Origin: Candidatus Heimdallarchaeota archaeon
GTDB lineage: Archaea > Asgardarchaeota > Heimdallarchaeia > Heimdallarchaeales > Heimdallarchaeaceae
Direction: 5' to 3'
Assembly (NCBI GenBank): GCA_030603365.1
Contig: JAUVXV010000010.1
Span: 64,001 to 128,000 of the forward strand
Length of the DNA stretch: 64,000 bases
Below are positions 47,549 to 58,938 of the stretch, piece after piece (within the stretch, counting starts at the first letter, position 1; each line of letters begins with the position of its first letter). Both the position numbers and the translations under genes were made by a program. A model generated the notes under the pieces. The model had not been told where the DNA came from and made no database searches. It saw only the letters and a program-made list of their open reading frames with translations.

Positions 47549-47867
47549 TATCCCTTCTTTCAAACCTTTTTTCTCATTTTATTTTTATTTCATGAGACAA
47601 TTTTGTTGACATTTAAACTAAAAACTGCAAACTAGCTGCAGCGATATTTACCTAGTTTATTAATTAATTTGAGAATTAAAGGTTGATAAGCTTCTGCTTA
47701 TCTTTGTTTAGTCGCAAATCTTGTAGAATGGGTGTAGATAAGAAAGGGAGGGAGTCACCACCACCTATTCCATTTGATTGCCTGCTCTATTGGTTTCTTT
47801 CTTCTCTATAGGTAAAAAATTCTTTTGACTATATAAACCAAAGTCCCTATTATTCAGTGAGGAAGAA

Positions 47868-48653
47868 ATGACCACTATCATAGACAATGTGCAACTGCAA
47901 CCCCTCGTTAACAGTTTGCGAGAACTGCATTCCCCCCTCTTTCTTGTTAATGGAAAGTTGGAACACATAAACAGAAGTTCAGACCAAAGGCATGTTTTTA
48001 GGTTTGTTGAGATTATTGCCAGCCTGACTAAACATACCATTTCTGAGAATATCTTTACTGAAGCTTTTCTCCAGTTTCAATATTTGAATGATCTTCTACA
48101 GGAAAGTCACTCTAATGATATGAGTTTCAATAATGATGATATGCTAGCATATTTTCTGGCGATGTTAGATACAACACTGACCATCCATGGTAAAGAACTA
48201 CAAATGAAGCACATTCACAGAATTTTGAAATTCTGGGGAGTTGATAAAGACTTAGATGTTTTTTCTAGAAAGCTCACACAAGCAAAAACCATTCTAGACA
48301 ACGCTGGTCTTCTTCGAGACAATAGTAGGAAATGTACCGAAGAGCTCCTTTCGAAAGCTAATTTGTTATTCAGTTATCTCAAAGACATTTTCCCACACCA
48401 AACTTATCAGCTAGAACAGATTTTTGAACGTATTGAAATACTTGTTCAAAAGAAAATTCTCCCATATGCTAGTATTAGTAATGCAGCTCTAATCATGATA
48501 GTGTCGTTTTTCCCCTTATATTTAGAAATGCCAGCTGTTAAGCTATGTATTATGCTTCAGCTGAAAAAAGATTTGAATATAAATCTCACAAATCTAAAGA
48601 AGGATGTGGAAAGATTCCAGAACAAACTAGAGAAATATGATATGTTGAAGTGA
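47868..48653 (+). CDS. All-helical hypothetical protein, possibly cyclin/TFB-fold-like
   Basis: 261-aa ORF between oppC and oppD; helical pattern only, fold assignment tentative. Confidence 0.6.
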   Translation: MTTIIDNVQLQPLVNSLRELHSPLFLVNGKLEHINRSSDQRHVFRFVEIIASLTKHTISENIFTEAFLQFQYLNDLLQESHSNDMSFNNDDMLAYFLAMLDTTLTIHGKELQMKHIHRILKFWGVDKDLDVFSRKLTQAKTILDNAGLLRDNSRKCTEELLSKANLLFSYLKDIFPHQTYQLEQIFERIEILVQKKILPYASISNAALIMIVSFFPLYLEMPAVKLCIMLQLKKDLNINLTNLKKDVERFQNKLEKYDMLK

Positions 48654-48828
48654 TATTTCTCAAGGTACTAAATGAAATCAAATAACTTATTTTTTCTGTT
48701 TAGGATTTTTTTCCCTAATGTCTAATGTTTTTTTCAACTTCCGAGTAAAAATAGACAAACTTATAAAAGTTAGAAAAACACAATCAACAAAGTATCATAA
48801 TTATTAGCTAATAAAATAAAGTGATTCT

Positions 48829-49887
48829 ATGAGTAGACCCCCTGAAGATATACTTTTAGAGATTAATGGACTTAAGACTTACTTTTTTACAGAAGAGGGT
48901 GTAGTAAAAGCTATTGAGTCAGTAGATCTTGTAGTTTATAAATCTGAAACATTGGGCTTAGTTGGTGAATCAGGTTCAGGTAAATCAGTTACTGCTTTAT
49001 CAATTCTGGGGATTGTTCCTGACCCTCCAGGTAAAGTCCTAAGTGGTGAAGTGATGTTTCATGGTCAAGATTTGCGACATCTAAGTGACTCTGATATGCG
49101 AAAAATCAGAGGAAATCAAATCGCAATGATCTTCCAAGATCCAATGACCAGTCTTAATCCAGTATTCACCGTTGGTGATCAAATCAGTGAGGCTATCATG
49201 CTTCATCAAAAAGTTACTAAAAAGGAAGCCAGAGAGAAATCTGTTAAAATTATGTCTCTTGTAGGTATTCCTAGTGCTGATGAGCGTGTAGATAATTATC
49301 CCTTTGAATTTTCAGGTGGAATGAGACAAAGAGTAATGATTGCTATGAGTTTAAGTTGTAATCCTGAGCTTTTGATTGCTGACGAACCTTCAACTTCATT
49401 AGATGTGACAATTCAAGCACAGATTCTCGAACTCTTAAAAGCTACAAGCGAAGAGTTCGATATGAGTATTATTCTTATCACTCACGATATGGGTGTTATA
49501 GCTGAAATGTGTGACCGTGTAGCTGTAATGTATGCGGGTTTCATTTGCGAAATTGGTGATATTATGGTTATTTTCAAATCACCTTATCATCCTTATACAC
49601 GAGGGTTACTAGGTGCAATTCCGCGACCTGATGCAGCAAGAGAAGATCTGACGATTATCAGAGGTTCGATTCCAAATCTTATCAATCCTCCATCTGCATG
49701 TAGATTCCATCCGAGATGTGATTACATGATGCGAGGGTTGTGTGAGACGGTACTTCCTGGTTTAGTTGAGATAGAATCAGGTCACAGGGTAAGATGCCAC
49801 CTTTATACAGAAGAAGGAAAAGCTTGGATGCAAGAACGTGGTGAGAAGAGAGAGATTGGCCATGTGCCAAAAGCAGCAGTTATCTAG
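48829..49887 (+). CDS. oppD: Peptide ABC transporter ATPase (OppD/DppD)
   Basis: GESGSGKS, FQDPMTSLNP and FSGGMRQR motifs; C-terminal CRFHPRC...C...CH. Confidence 0.95.
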   Translation: MSRPPEDILLEINGLKTYFFTEEGVVKAIESVDLVVYKSETLGLVGESGSGKSVTALSILGIVPDPPGKVLSGEVMFHGQDLRHLSDSDMRKIRGNQIAMIFQDPMTSLNPVFTVGDQISEAIMLHQKVTKKEAREKSVKIMSLVGIPSADERVDNYPFEFSGGMRQRVMIAMSLSCNPELLIADEPSTSLDVTIQAQILELLKATSEEFDMSIILITHDMGVIAEMCDRVAVMYAGFICEIGDIMVIFKSPYHPYTRGLLGAIPRPDAAREDLTIIRGSIPNLINPPSACRFHPRCDYMMRGLCETVLPGLVEIESGHRVRCHLYTEEGKAWMQERGEKREIGHVPKAAVI

Positions 49888-51120
49888 GTGACAAAAATGG
49901 GTAGTTCAGAATCTTTAATAGAAAAAATCGCTTCCAAACAACAACAAAGAGGCCTGTTAGCCGATCGTATTAGAACTAAAGAAATGGAAGAAGATGTAAT
50001 TTTAGAAGTTATCAATTTGAAAAAATTCTTTGATATTCCTGTCCCCTTTGAAACCACTTGGTTTATGATTGCCTTTGTTGGTGCAATTGTTTTATTTGCA
50101 TTTTACCAAGCTTATGGATTAATCGCGATTGGTGCAATCATCGTTTTGTACTTTGGTTTGCCTTATGTACCTCCATTCAACAAGAGACCCAGAGTAGCGC
50201 ACCTTAAAGCGGTTGACGGGATTGATCTTCGAATTAAAAAAGGTAGAATTGTAGGCTTGGTTGGTGAATCAGGTTGTGGTAAAAGTACAGCTGCAAAAAC
50301 AATTATCAGGTTACATGAACCTACAGCAGGTGCTGTTTATTTCAAGGGAATTGATATTAACCGTTTAACTTCTGAGGAAATGAAAGAAATCAGAAGACAT
50401 CTGCAGATAGTATTTCAAGACCCATATGCTTCATTAAACCCTCGAGCAACAGCACATGATATTATTATCGAACCTTTTGATATTCATGGAGTAGCTTCTG
50501 GAGATGAAGCCAGTTATCGAGTGCTTACACTTCTGAAAGATGTAGGACTTGCTCCACATCATGCATATCGTTATCCTCACGAATTTAGTGGGGGACAAAG
50601 ACAGAGATTAGGGATTGCAAGAGCATTAGCTTTAGAACCTGATTTCATTGTAATGGACGAACCAGTCTCAAACCTAGATGTATCAGTTCGAGCTGCTATT
50701 ATTCAGCTAATTCTCGAACTTCAAAGAAAAATGGGTTTGACCTACTTATTCATTGCTCATGATTTATCTCTAGTTAAAATCCTCTGTGATGAGGTTAATG
50801 TAATGTATTTAGGAAAAATTATGGAAGCAGGAACTAGTGATGAAATCTTTGAGTCTATGATGCATCCTTATACCAAGGCTCTAATCTCAGCAGTACCTAT
50901 TGCTGATCCTACCAAACGTTCAAAGAAAATCTTCCTTACTGGAGATATTCCAACTCCAATTAATCCCCCACCAGGATGCAAATTCCAAACAAGATGTCCT
51001 CTAGTATCGGATGTATGTCGTGTTGAGGAGCCCATAGCTAGATGGTATTCTGAGTCTCATGTCGCATACTGTCATAACATTGAAGGGGGCGAGGAAAATC
51101 CCGACTTCTTCATACAATAA
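49888..51120 (+). CDS. oppF: Peptide ABC transporter ATPase (OppF/DppF) with an inserted hydrophobic hairpin
   Basis: GESGCGKS, YPHEFSGGQRQR and CKFQTRC motifs; two TM-like segments before KAVDG. Confidence 0.93.
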   Translation: MTKMGSSESLIEKIASKQQQRGLLADRIRTKEMEEDVILEVINLKKFFDIPVPFETTWFMIAFVGAIVLFAFYQAYGLIAIGAIIVLYFGLPYVPPFNKRPRVAHLKAVDGIDLRIKKGRIVGLVGESGCGKSTAAKTIIRLHEPTAGAVYFKGIDINRLTSEEMKEIRRHLQIVFQDPYASLNPRATAHDIIIEPFDIHGVASGDEASYRVLTLLKDVGLAPHHAYRYPHEFSGGQRQRLGIARALALEPDFIVMDEPVSNLDVSVRAAIIQLILELQRKMGLTYLFIAHDLSLVKILCDEVNVMYLGKIMEAGTSDEIFESMMHPYTKALISAVPIADPTKRSKKIFLTGDIPTPINPPPGCKFQTRCPLVSDVCRVEEPIARWYSESHVAYCHNIEGGEENPDFFIQ

Positions 51121-51233
51121 TTTTCCTTATTTTTCTTTTCCTTTTTCTCTTTAAACTAAAACAAGATTTATTTAGTCTAATTTAGAGTATAAGATAACAT
51201 TGTACTAGTACTTACTACTGTGAGGAAATAACC

Positions 51234-51986
51234 ATGAGTAGAGTAAATCTTGAATCAGCTCAAAATAATATTGAGCGGTTATCAAATAACCTTAATGAAT
51301 TGCAGCAAATTCTTTCTAGTAAAACGGATGAGTTGAATGTTAAAATTAGAGAATTCAATGATGTGCTCTCTTCCTTCTCCAGAGAAGCAGAAGAGAAAAA
51401 TCAATCCATCAATAGTTTAGAAGAAATAAAGAGTAAGAATAATGAAGAGTTGGAACAACTTAACAAGGATCTCCAAGAATTAACTTACAGAAAGGATGTT
51501 TTACAATCAGAAATAGCAAGTAAACGGAAGGATATTGAACAAATATCTGCTCTAGTTCTTGAAAGAGAAAAAACAAATACAGAAGCTAATCTACAAGTAG
51601 ATTCTCTCACTGAAAGAGTAGCTAATTTCAATAGAAAAGTGGAAGAGTTTGAAGTTCTAACAAACGCTTTAGTAGAAGAAACTAAAGAACAAACTAGAAC
51701 AAGGGAAATTAAAAATGCTGAGCTGTCAGAACAGTATACTAGAATAATCTCACGTTCTAAAGCTTTGCAATATCTTGTCAAAAAAGATATCATCTCACTA
51801 CCTGAAATTCAAGTTATTAGGAGTTTAAATACACCAGGCATTGATACAATTGATAATCTTCGTAAAACATCCGGTGTTTCGGAAGATATTATTCGTAAAA
51901 TTCTACAAGATTTAGACCGACGAGAAGTCATTGCTTTCAATCCATCTACTGGAAAAATTCAGGTTCTAACAAGGATAGATATTTAG
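51234..51986 (+). CDS. Long coiled-coil protein with a C-terminal winged helix
   Basis: About 180 aa of heptads, then PEIQVIRSL...IDNLRKTSGV...LQDLDRREVI wHTH. Confidence 0.8.
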   Translation: MSRVNLESAQNNIERLSNNLNELQQILSSKTDELNVKIREFNDVLSSFSREAEEKNQSINSLEEIKSKNNEELEQLNKDLQELTYRKDVLQSEIASKRKDIEQISALVLEREKTNTEANLQVDSLTERVANFNRKVEEFEVLTNALVEETKEQTRTREIKNAELSEQYTRIISRSKALQYLVKKDIISLPEIQVIRSLNTPGIDTIDNLRKTSGVSEDIIRKILQDLDRREVIAFNPSTGKIQVLTRIDI

Positions 51987-51997
51987 GAGGAAAGAAG

Positions 51998-52750
51998 ATG
52001 TCAATAGAAAAATTAAATGAAATATTAAGTGAGTTAAAAAGAGGAATAGAAGAATTATCTTCACGCTCTTCATCTGTTGTTGCTAACTCTAATGTCACCA
52101 TCGAATCAATAACTGATGATGTGAGAGTTGTTCCTGAATATCTTCTATCACTTCAAAATACTATAAATGAGTTGCAAAAAAGCAATTCTGAACTAGAAGA
52201 AAAGAGAATGACAACTAAACAGTCCATTGATACAGTTACCACTGAAATTGAAATAAATGAAAGCAACAAAACTGATCTTTCAGAAGCCGAAATCAAGAAA
52301 AGAACTTACAAAGATGAGCTAGATCGAAAAATACTCGAATTTCAACAGAAGAACACGCAACTTGAAGCTGAATTCAATGAGACTGGAGCTCTAGCATCTA
52401 AAAAAGAACAAGAGTATAATCAAATACAGATTGATTCAAAGGAAGAAATAGAACGCTTAGATCAGAAAATCGATGAAGCTACTGCTAGAGTACAACAAGC
52501 TGAAGCAGAAAATAAGCTGATTGTGTATCTTATGGACGCTGGTTTAATGGATGTTCCTGAAGCTGAAGTTGTTTCAATCATAGCCTCATATCCTGATGGT
52601 TTAAAGATTGATGAGATTAAACAAAAGGTCAATATGCCACCTGTAAGAGTTCAACCAACGATCAATAATCTTTTAGAAACTGTGATAGAATATGATGCAT
52701 TATCAGATTCCTATAGAATTTTGGATATAATTAAGAAAGAGTTAGTATAG
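51998..52750 (+). CDS. Long coiled-coil protein with a C-terminal winged helix (paralogue of the upstream gene)
   Basis: Same 250-aa length; YLMDAGLMDVPEAEVV parallels YLVKKDIISLPEIQVI; wHTH tail. Confidence 0.8.
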   Translation: MSIEKLNEILSELKRGIEELSSRSSSVVANSNVTIESITDDVRVVPEYLLSLQNTINELQKSNSELEEKRMTTKQSIDTVTTEIEINESNKTDLSEAEIKKRTYKDELDRKILEFQQKNTQLEAEFNETGALASKKEQEYNQIQIDSKEEIERLDQKIDEATARVQQAEAENKLIVYLMDAGLMDVPEAEVVSIIASYPDGLKIDEIKQKVNMPPVRVQPTINNLLETVIEYDALSDSYRILDIIKKELV

Positions 52751-52889
52751 ACTTTTTCTTTTATTTTATTTCTTTAAAAAAAATAAGACTAGACATAGTC
52801 TTAAGCAATATTTGCCCTATTCTCGTCAGTAATGTACATTTTATTTATGTGTGAATTTATTTCCAAAATACATATTTTCAGAGTGATAG

Positions 52890-54302
<1,413 letters not shown>

Positions 54303-54327
54303 TTAATTGAAAGATAGGAATAACCTA

Positions 54328-57303
54328 TCATTCTTTTTTATCTTCTTTTTTAATTATCATTCCTTCTCTATTTTGAGCATCTATTCTGACAATTAAAGGT
54401 TGATTTAATCTAACATGGGTCACATATTTGAGCTCTTTCTCTGGTTTCTTAGCTTGCAACCATTCCCAATCAATGAAATGGTTCTGAGCTGTATGTTTAA
54501 TATGGAAATAACCAATATTTGCTGTAACAATATTGTGGAAAAAATGTGTCCCTTGAGAAAAATCAACTAGAAAATTATCTAAGGAAGTTTCAATAATTGC
54601 CCTTGCACCGTTGATATTATTCCATTTAACAGGGATGCCTAGGAAACGATCTGCGGTCCCCCAACGACCAAACCCAATGAGAAGATAAGGTTTATTTTCT
54701 TTAGTTAATATTGAATTTAGTTCGTCTATCTCAGCTACAATTTCTTCTGTTTGAGTTTTATCAAATGTTTCAGGTTTTACATAAATAACATCTGAAATGT
54801 CTTTTCTTAATAAATTTCCAGACACATGGTTTGAATAAGCAAGCACTTGACTTACATCCACAGAAGTGTAATCTTCAGTCAAAAGAACTTCTTGTTGCAA
54901 AAATGGACGTATTTGAAGAATAGAAAAAATGTTTTTTTCGCCTGGGGAATTCTTAAAAGTTCCAGCGAACTCAATTTCTATTGAGGATCCAAGAGATCTT
55001 TCTCCAAGTGTTAAAATCCGAGTAAGAAGTTTAGCTAGAGGAAAAATATCATATTTTAATTGCTGACTAAAGGTAATTACCGGAGATCCTTCACCATAAA
55101 AACCTTCTCTTAGAGATTCAGATTCAAAATCATAGGAATCAGCTATATTAGTTAAAGTTCCATCCTTAATCCCATCAGCTAGATTAAATCTTTGTATGTA
55201 AGGGTCATCTTTTAGAATATCAAATTCCCTTTTTGTTAGATCAATTGCATAATAGTATTTTTGACTCTGCTCTAGAAGTATATCAGGGGTTGAGAAAAAG
55301 TTTATTTTGGGATACTTTGGACAAAACCTTACAGATGATTCTCCTTCAACTATTGTCTTTCCTAGCCCTAAAGCGATATGTGCTATACGATCCTCAGGTT
55401 TCATATAATCTCCAAAGGGATAGTAATTGTATGAAGAAGCTGTTCCAGAAAAGTCTGGGTAAAAACGATTATTATGTTGTCGTCCAACAACTTCTTGAAT
55501 TACAACTGCCATTTTAGATTCTTCGACTGTCTGTTGAATAGTCTCTGCATAGGATTTTGCAAGTTCCAGAAATTGTGATGCATATACCAATTTAATCGCG
55601 GTACAAAGTTGTTTAATTCTGTCTTTATCACTTGCTTGATTATTAGGAATCATATATGTATCAAAAATACCAGCAAAGGGTTGATACGCAGAGTCTTCGA
55701 GAAGGCTAGATGATCTAACTGCCAAAGGTCCTTTAAGGTCATTCAACAAAAACAACAAGTCTTTTTGAATACTTTTAGAAAGTTTTGCTTCAACGAATCT
55801 TTTTCGGATTGCATCATCACTATTTTTAGATAAAGCAAATTCATAGAGATTATTTTCTTCCATAAATTTATCATATTCGTCCGTTCCGATGACAATTGTT
55901 CTTGGAATTTCAATAGAGACATCTTCAAATTCTGATTCAACCATAAAAGAATTCAATATGAACATTAGAAAAGCAATTCCTCTACCTTTACCACCTAGAG
56001 ATCCAGGACGCAAACGTAGAAAAAGAATTTCAGGATGGTAATTCTCATAAGCGAAATCGTTGATTACCCCTTTGGTTTTTTCACGAACTATTTTATTGAT
56101 TGTTTGCAGTAAAAATGCCTTAAGTTCTTCTTTAGTGAATTCAGATACTTTTCTAGGTTTAAGAGTCTCAGCAATATCAAATTCTCCTCTCGCATGTAAC
56201 CAATGTGAGAAATGATCATTTTTTCCATGAAAAACAAGACATTCCAAAGACACTTCGGATATTTTATTGTAAAATGTTATTACATCATTAGCTTTACCTA
56301 AAACCTCTCCATCTTGATTTTTAAAAATAAAATCACCAAATCCCACATAGCCAAGAAGCCATTTACGCAAATCCCAAATCATTCCATGAGATCGTTTATG
56401 AATGTAATAACAGCCCATTTCCTCTGCTTCTTCTCTATAAATTTCTTTACTTGATTGAAGAACTATTGGGAGATTAATGTTTTCTTCTTTAATTTTTTTA
56501 GCAAATAAGAAACCAGCATTTTTATTGAGTTTACCATCAACAGGGAACTCGATATCAGAAATTACACCCATCAAATAATCTTTGTATTTTTCATAATATG
56601 TAAGAGCTTCTTCATAGGTTTCTGCTAGAAGAATTTTAGGTCTCACTCTCATTTTCAAAAGATCTTGATAATCATTGGTTCCTTCAGTTAGTAAACGATG
56701 AGTTTGTCTCATAATTTCCCCATAGATTTCAGGTAAAAGGAGTGAATAGAAACGGGTAGAGTCGTCAACAAAGATAAAAACTCTAACATTGCCTTTCTGT
56801 GTGTCATAATCTGCATTAAACTTATCTTCAAGGTGTTTAATAATTGCAACGAAGATTTTAGAATCACCGTTCCATACAAAAACACGGTCAATACCTTTCC
56901 TCTTTTCAAATTCAGGAAGATATTTTATTTCAACTACACTGTTTAATAATAGAATTACAGGAATATCTTGAATTGATTTCACATTAGCTCCAAAAGAGAA
57001 AGCATCCATATCACCTAGTCGTCTCATGGTTATAACCAAATCAAACTCCCTTTCTTCTAATAAGTCTAGAGCTTCATTTGCCGAAGAAACACGAGTGATT
57101 CTAGGTAAGGTTCTGAGATTGAGACTTTGAAACTCTTCGTAGATTTGATCAGACAGACGACCATCTTCTTCGAGCATAAAACTATCATAGATACTCGAAA
57201 CAAGAAGAACATTTCTCATTCTGATATTCATTAACTCATGAAATATTTTGTACTTAGGTTTATATTCAAGAAAGAAGCTTTCTGCATCTTGGTGTGAAGA
57301 CAA
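54328..57303 (-). CDS. Receiver-like domains plus PEP/pyruvate-binding (PPDK_N ATP-grasp) domain protein
   Basis: LLVSSIYDSFMLEEDG, GSLGGKGRG, AVRSSSLLED, LGLGKTIV, LQIRP and GRWG...SQGTHFFHN motifs. Confidence 0.88.
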   Translation of the reverse strand: MSSHQDAESFFLEYKPKYKIFHELMNIRMRNVLLVSSIYDSFMLEEDGRLSDQIYEEFQSLNLRTLPRITRVSSANEALDLLEEREFDLVITMRRLGDMDAFSFGANVKSIQDIPVILLLNSVVEIKYLPEFEKRKGIDRVFVWNGDSKIFVAIIKHLEDKFNADYDTQKGNVRVFIFVDDSTRFYSLLLPEIYGEIMRQTHRLLTEGTNDYQDLLKMRVRPKILLAETYEEALTYYEKYKDYLMGVISDIEFPVDGKLNKNAGFLFAKKIKEENINLPIVLQSSKEIYREEAEEMGCYYIHKRSHGMIWDLRKWLLGYVGFGDFIFKNQDGEVLGKANDVITFYNKISEVSLECLVFHGKNDHFSHWLHARGEFDIAETLKPRKVSEFTKEELKAFLLQTINKIVREKTKGVINDFAYENYHPEILFLRLRPGSLGGKGRGIAFLMFILNSFMVESEFEDVSIEIPRTIVIGTDEYDKFMEENNLYEFALSKNSDDAIRKRFVEAKLSKSIQKDLLFLLNDLKGPLAVRSSSLLEDSAYQPFAGIFDTYMIPNNQASDKDRIKQLCTAIKLVYASQFLELAKSYAETIQQTVEESKMAVVIQEVVGRQHNNRFYPDFSGTASSYNYYPFGDYMKPEDRIAHIALGLGKTIVEGESSVRFCPKYPKINFFSTPDILLEQSQKYYYAIDLTKREFDILKDDPYIQRFNLADGIKDGTLTNIADSYDFESESLREGFYGEGSPVITFSQQLKYDIFPLAKLLTRILTLGERSLGSSIEIEFAGTFKNSPGEKNIFSILQIRPFLQQEVLLTEDYTSVDVSQVLAYSNHVSGNLLRKDISDVIYVKPETFDKTQTEEIVAEIDELNSILTKENKPYLLIGFGRWGTADRFLGIPVKWNNINGARAIIETSLDNFLVDFSQGTHFFHNIVTANIGYFHIKHTAQNHFIDWEWLQAKKPEKELKYVTHVRLNQPLIVRIDAQNREGMIIKKEDKKE

Positions 57304-57683
57304 TATTTAACCTCCTAATCAAAGAAAGTACTTATAGTAAGAAATACTGGTTCCTCTAATTTAAATATGTTGAACAAAAATAAAAAAAATGAGAGATTTC
57401 TCATTTATTTTGCTAGTGTTTAATCATCATGACTCTTCTGAAGAACGACATAATACAAGAGAAATTCAGCGTCTATAAAATATTTATGCAGAAGAATCTA
57501 GCATATAAGGAAAACAGAAAACCACCAATTTGCGATATTTTTCCATTCTTTGCTAGTTTGGGGGGGTTTATATTAACCATTCCAATTATTGGAAGATTCC
57601 GAAAAAATTTTTAATGTCTAAACTTCTCATTTAAGTAGAGCTAACTTAACTTATTTATGCTAAGTTGAGAATAAAAGTGTGAT

Positions 57684-58349
57684 GTGCTAACAATGGAACC
57701 AGATAATAGAGGAAATGACACTTTAATCCATGAAGATGATTTCCTTGATTCAAGCGTTATTGTTCCATTGTCTCAGAGGGATGCTTTAATCATTGAAATG
57801 TATGAAGATGGTTTGTCTACGTATGAAATTGCTTTAGAATTAGAACTAAACAGACACACAGTTTCCAGAGTTCTTAAGGAGAATAAAATAGAAACAAGAA
57901 CTATTGCGGATTACCATAAACTCAAACATGAAGATATTGAATTACTTTTTAAAGAAGGAAAAACTAAACACGAGATCTCAAAAGAATTAGGATTAACTTA
58001 TTACACAGTAAGAAAAGTTCTGGAAGATAAAGGACTAATATTGAACAAGAAAGACAGAGAATCCGTTGCAATTGCTCGATATATTCAAATGAAGAATAAA
58101 GGGTATGAAAATGGATACATTGCTGTTTTTTTGGATTTATCTGAAAAGCAATTAAATAAGCTAGTACGTAATTCAGGTGTTAATGTTACGGCTGTCAGGC
58201 ATAGAACAAAGGATATTGAAGTTTTACCTGAAATCGTACTTCAAAAATTGCAAGGAATGTCTATAAGTGAAATTTCGATGAAATATGAGATAGATATTGT
58301 TTTAGTTCGAGAAATTTTGTATGAATTTGGTTTAAGCAATCAAAAATAA
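57684..58349 (+). CDS. Multi-HTH DNA-binding protein
   Basis: Four G.S..EIA..L-type helix-turn-helix repeats. Confidence 0.8.
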   Translation: MLTMEPDNRGNDTLIHEDDFLDSSVIVPLSQRDALIIEMYEDGLSTYEIALELELNRHTVSRVLKENKIETRTIADYHKLKHEDIELLFKEGKTKHEISKELGLTYYTVRKVLEDKGLILNKKDRESVAIARYIQMKNKGYENGYIAVFLDLSEKQLNKLVRNSGVNVTAVRHRTKDIEVLPEIVLQKLQGMSISEISMKYEIDIVLVREILYEFGLSNQK

Positions 58350-58518
58350 GCTTCAATACTGATGTGATTGTAATCTTTTTTCAGGCAAATTTTGTCTATA
58401 GAATAAGAATAATCTTATTGATTATTGTATTATAATTCAAATTTATTTAAATATAAGATAAATTATAAGATAATTAGTTTAATGTAAAATTAACAAAAAA
58501 AGAATTTTAGGTGATAAA

Positions 58519-58887
58519 ATGGGCAAACTTGGAAAATCTATAACTCGTCTTATCTTCTTGGGCATTTTTGGTTCTTGGTTTGTTTTTACAATTTGGGGTA
58601 TTAGTTATTGGAATGATCCTACTAGTTTTGTACCTCATGTAACAACTATTGCTTTGATGTATGTGCCACTCTTCATTGGAATGTTTATCCTATTCATAAT
58701 AGGTGTGGTAATAGGAGCAATTCCTAAGGGTAAAAAGAAGAAGAAAGAAGAAAAGGAAGCTGAGAAAAAAATATCTAAAGAATTTAAAGACTTAAAGGAT
58801 ATTAAAGACTTTAAAGAGCTTAAGGAATTTATACCTGACGAATGGAAAGAGAAGTTCAAGAAATTTGTTGAAAGTCAAGAAAAATAA
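58519..58887 (+). CDS. Small two-TM membrane protein with a charged tail
   Basis: Two hydrophobic helices; KEFKDLKDIKDFKELKEF tripeptide repeat. Confidence 0.7.
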   Translation: MGKLGKSITRLIFLGIFGSWFVFTIWGISYWNDPTSFVPHVTTIALMYVPLFIGMFILFIIGVVIGAIPKGKKKKKEEKEAEKKISKEFKDLKDIKDFKELKEFIPDEWKEKFKKFVESQEK

Positions 58888-58938
58888 TATGATTCACGGG
58901 GTTTTAGAAATTCTTTAAAAGAGAAAAAGAAAAGTATC

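Noticed and set aside
47743-47753. AAAGGGAGGGA identical to 60591-60601
   Set aside because: Short low-complexity purine run with no shared flanks
51234-52750. ESCRT-III/CdvB or SMC assignment for the coiled-coil-wH pair
   Set aside because: No Snf7 core pattern, no Walker motifs and no Vps4 neighbour visible
58776-58830. Degenerate 9-bp tandem repeat
   Set aside because: Encodes a K-D/E-hydrophobic tripeptide repeat within a CDS; not CRISPR-like
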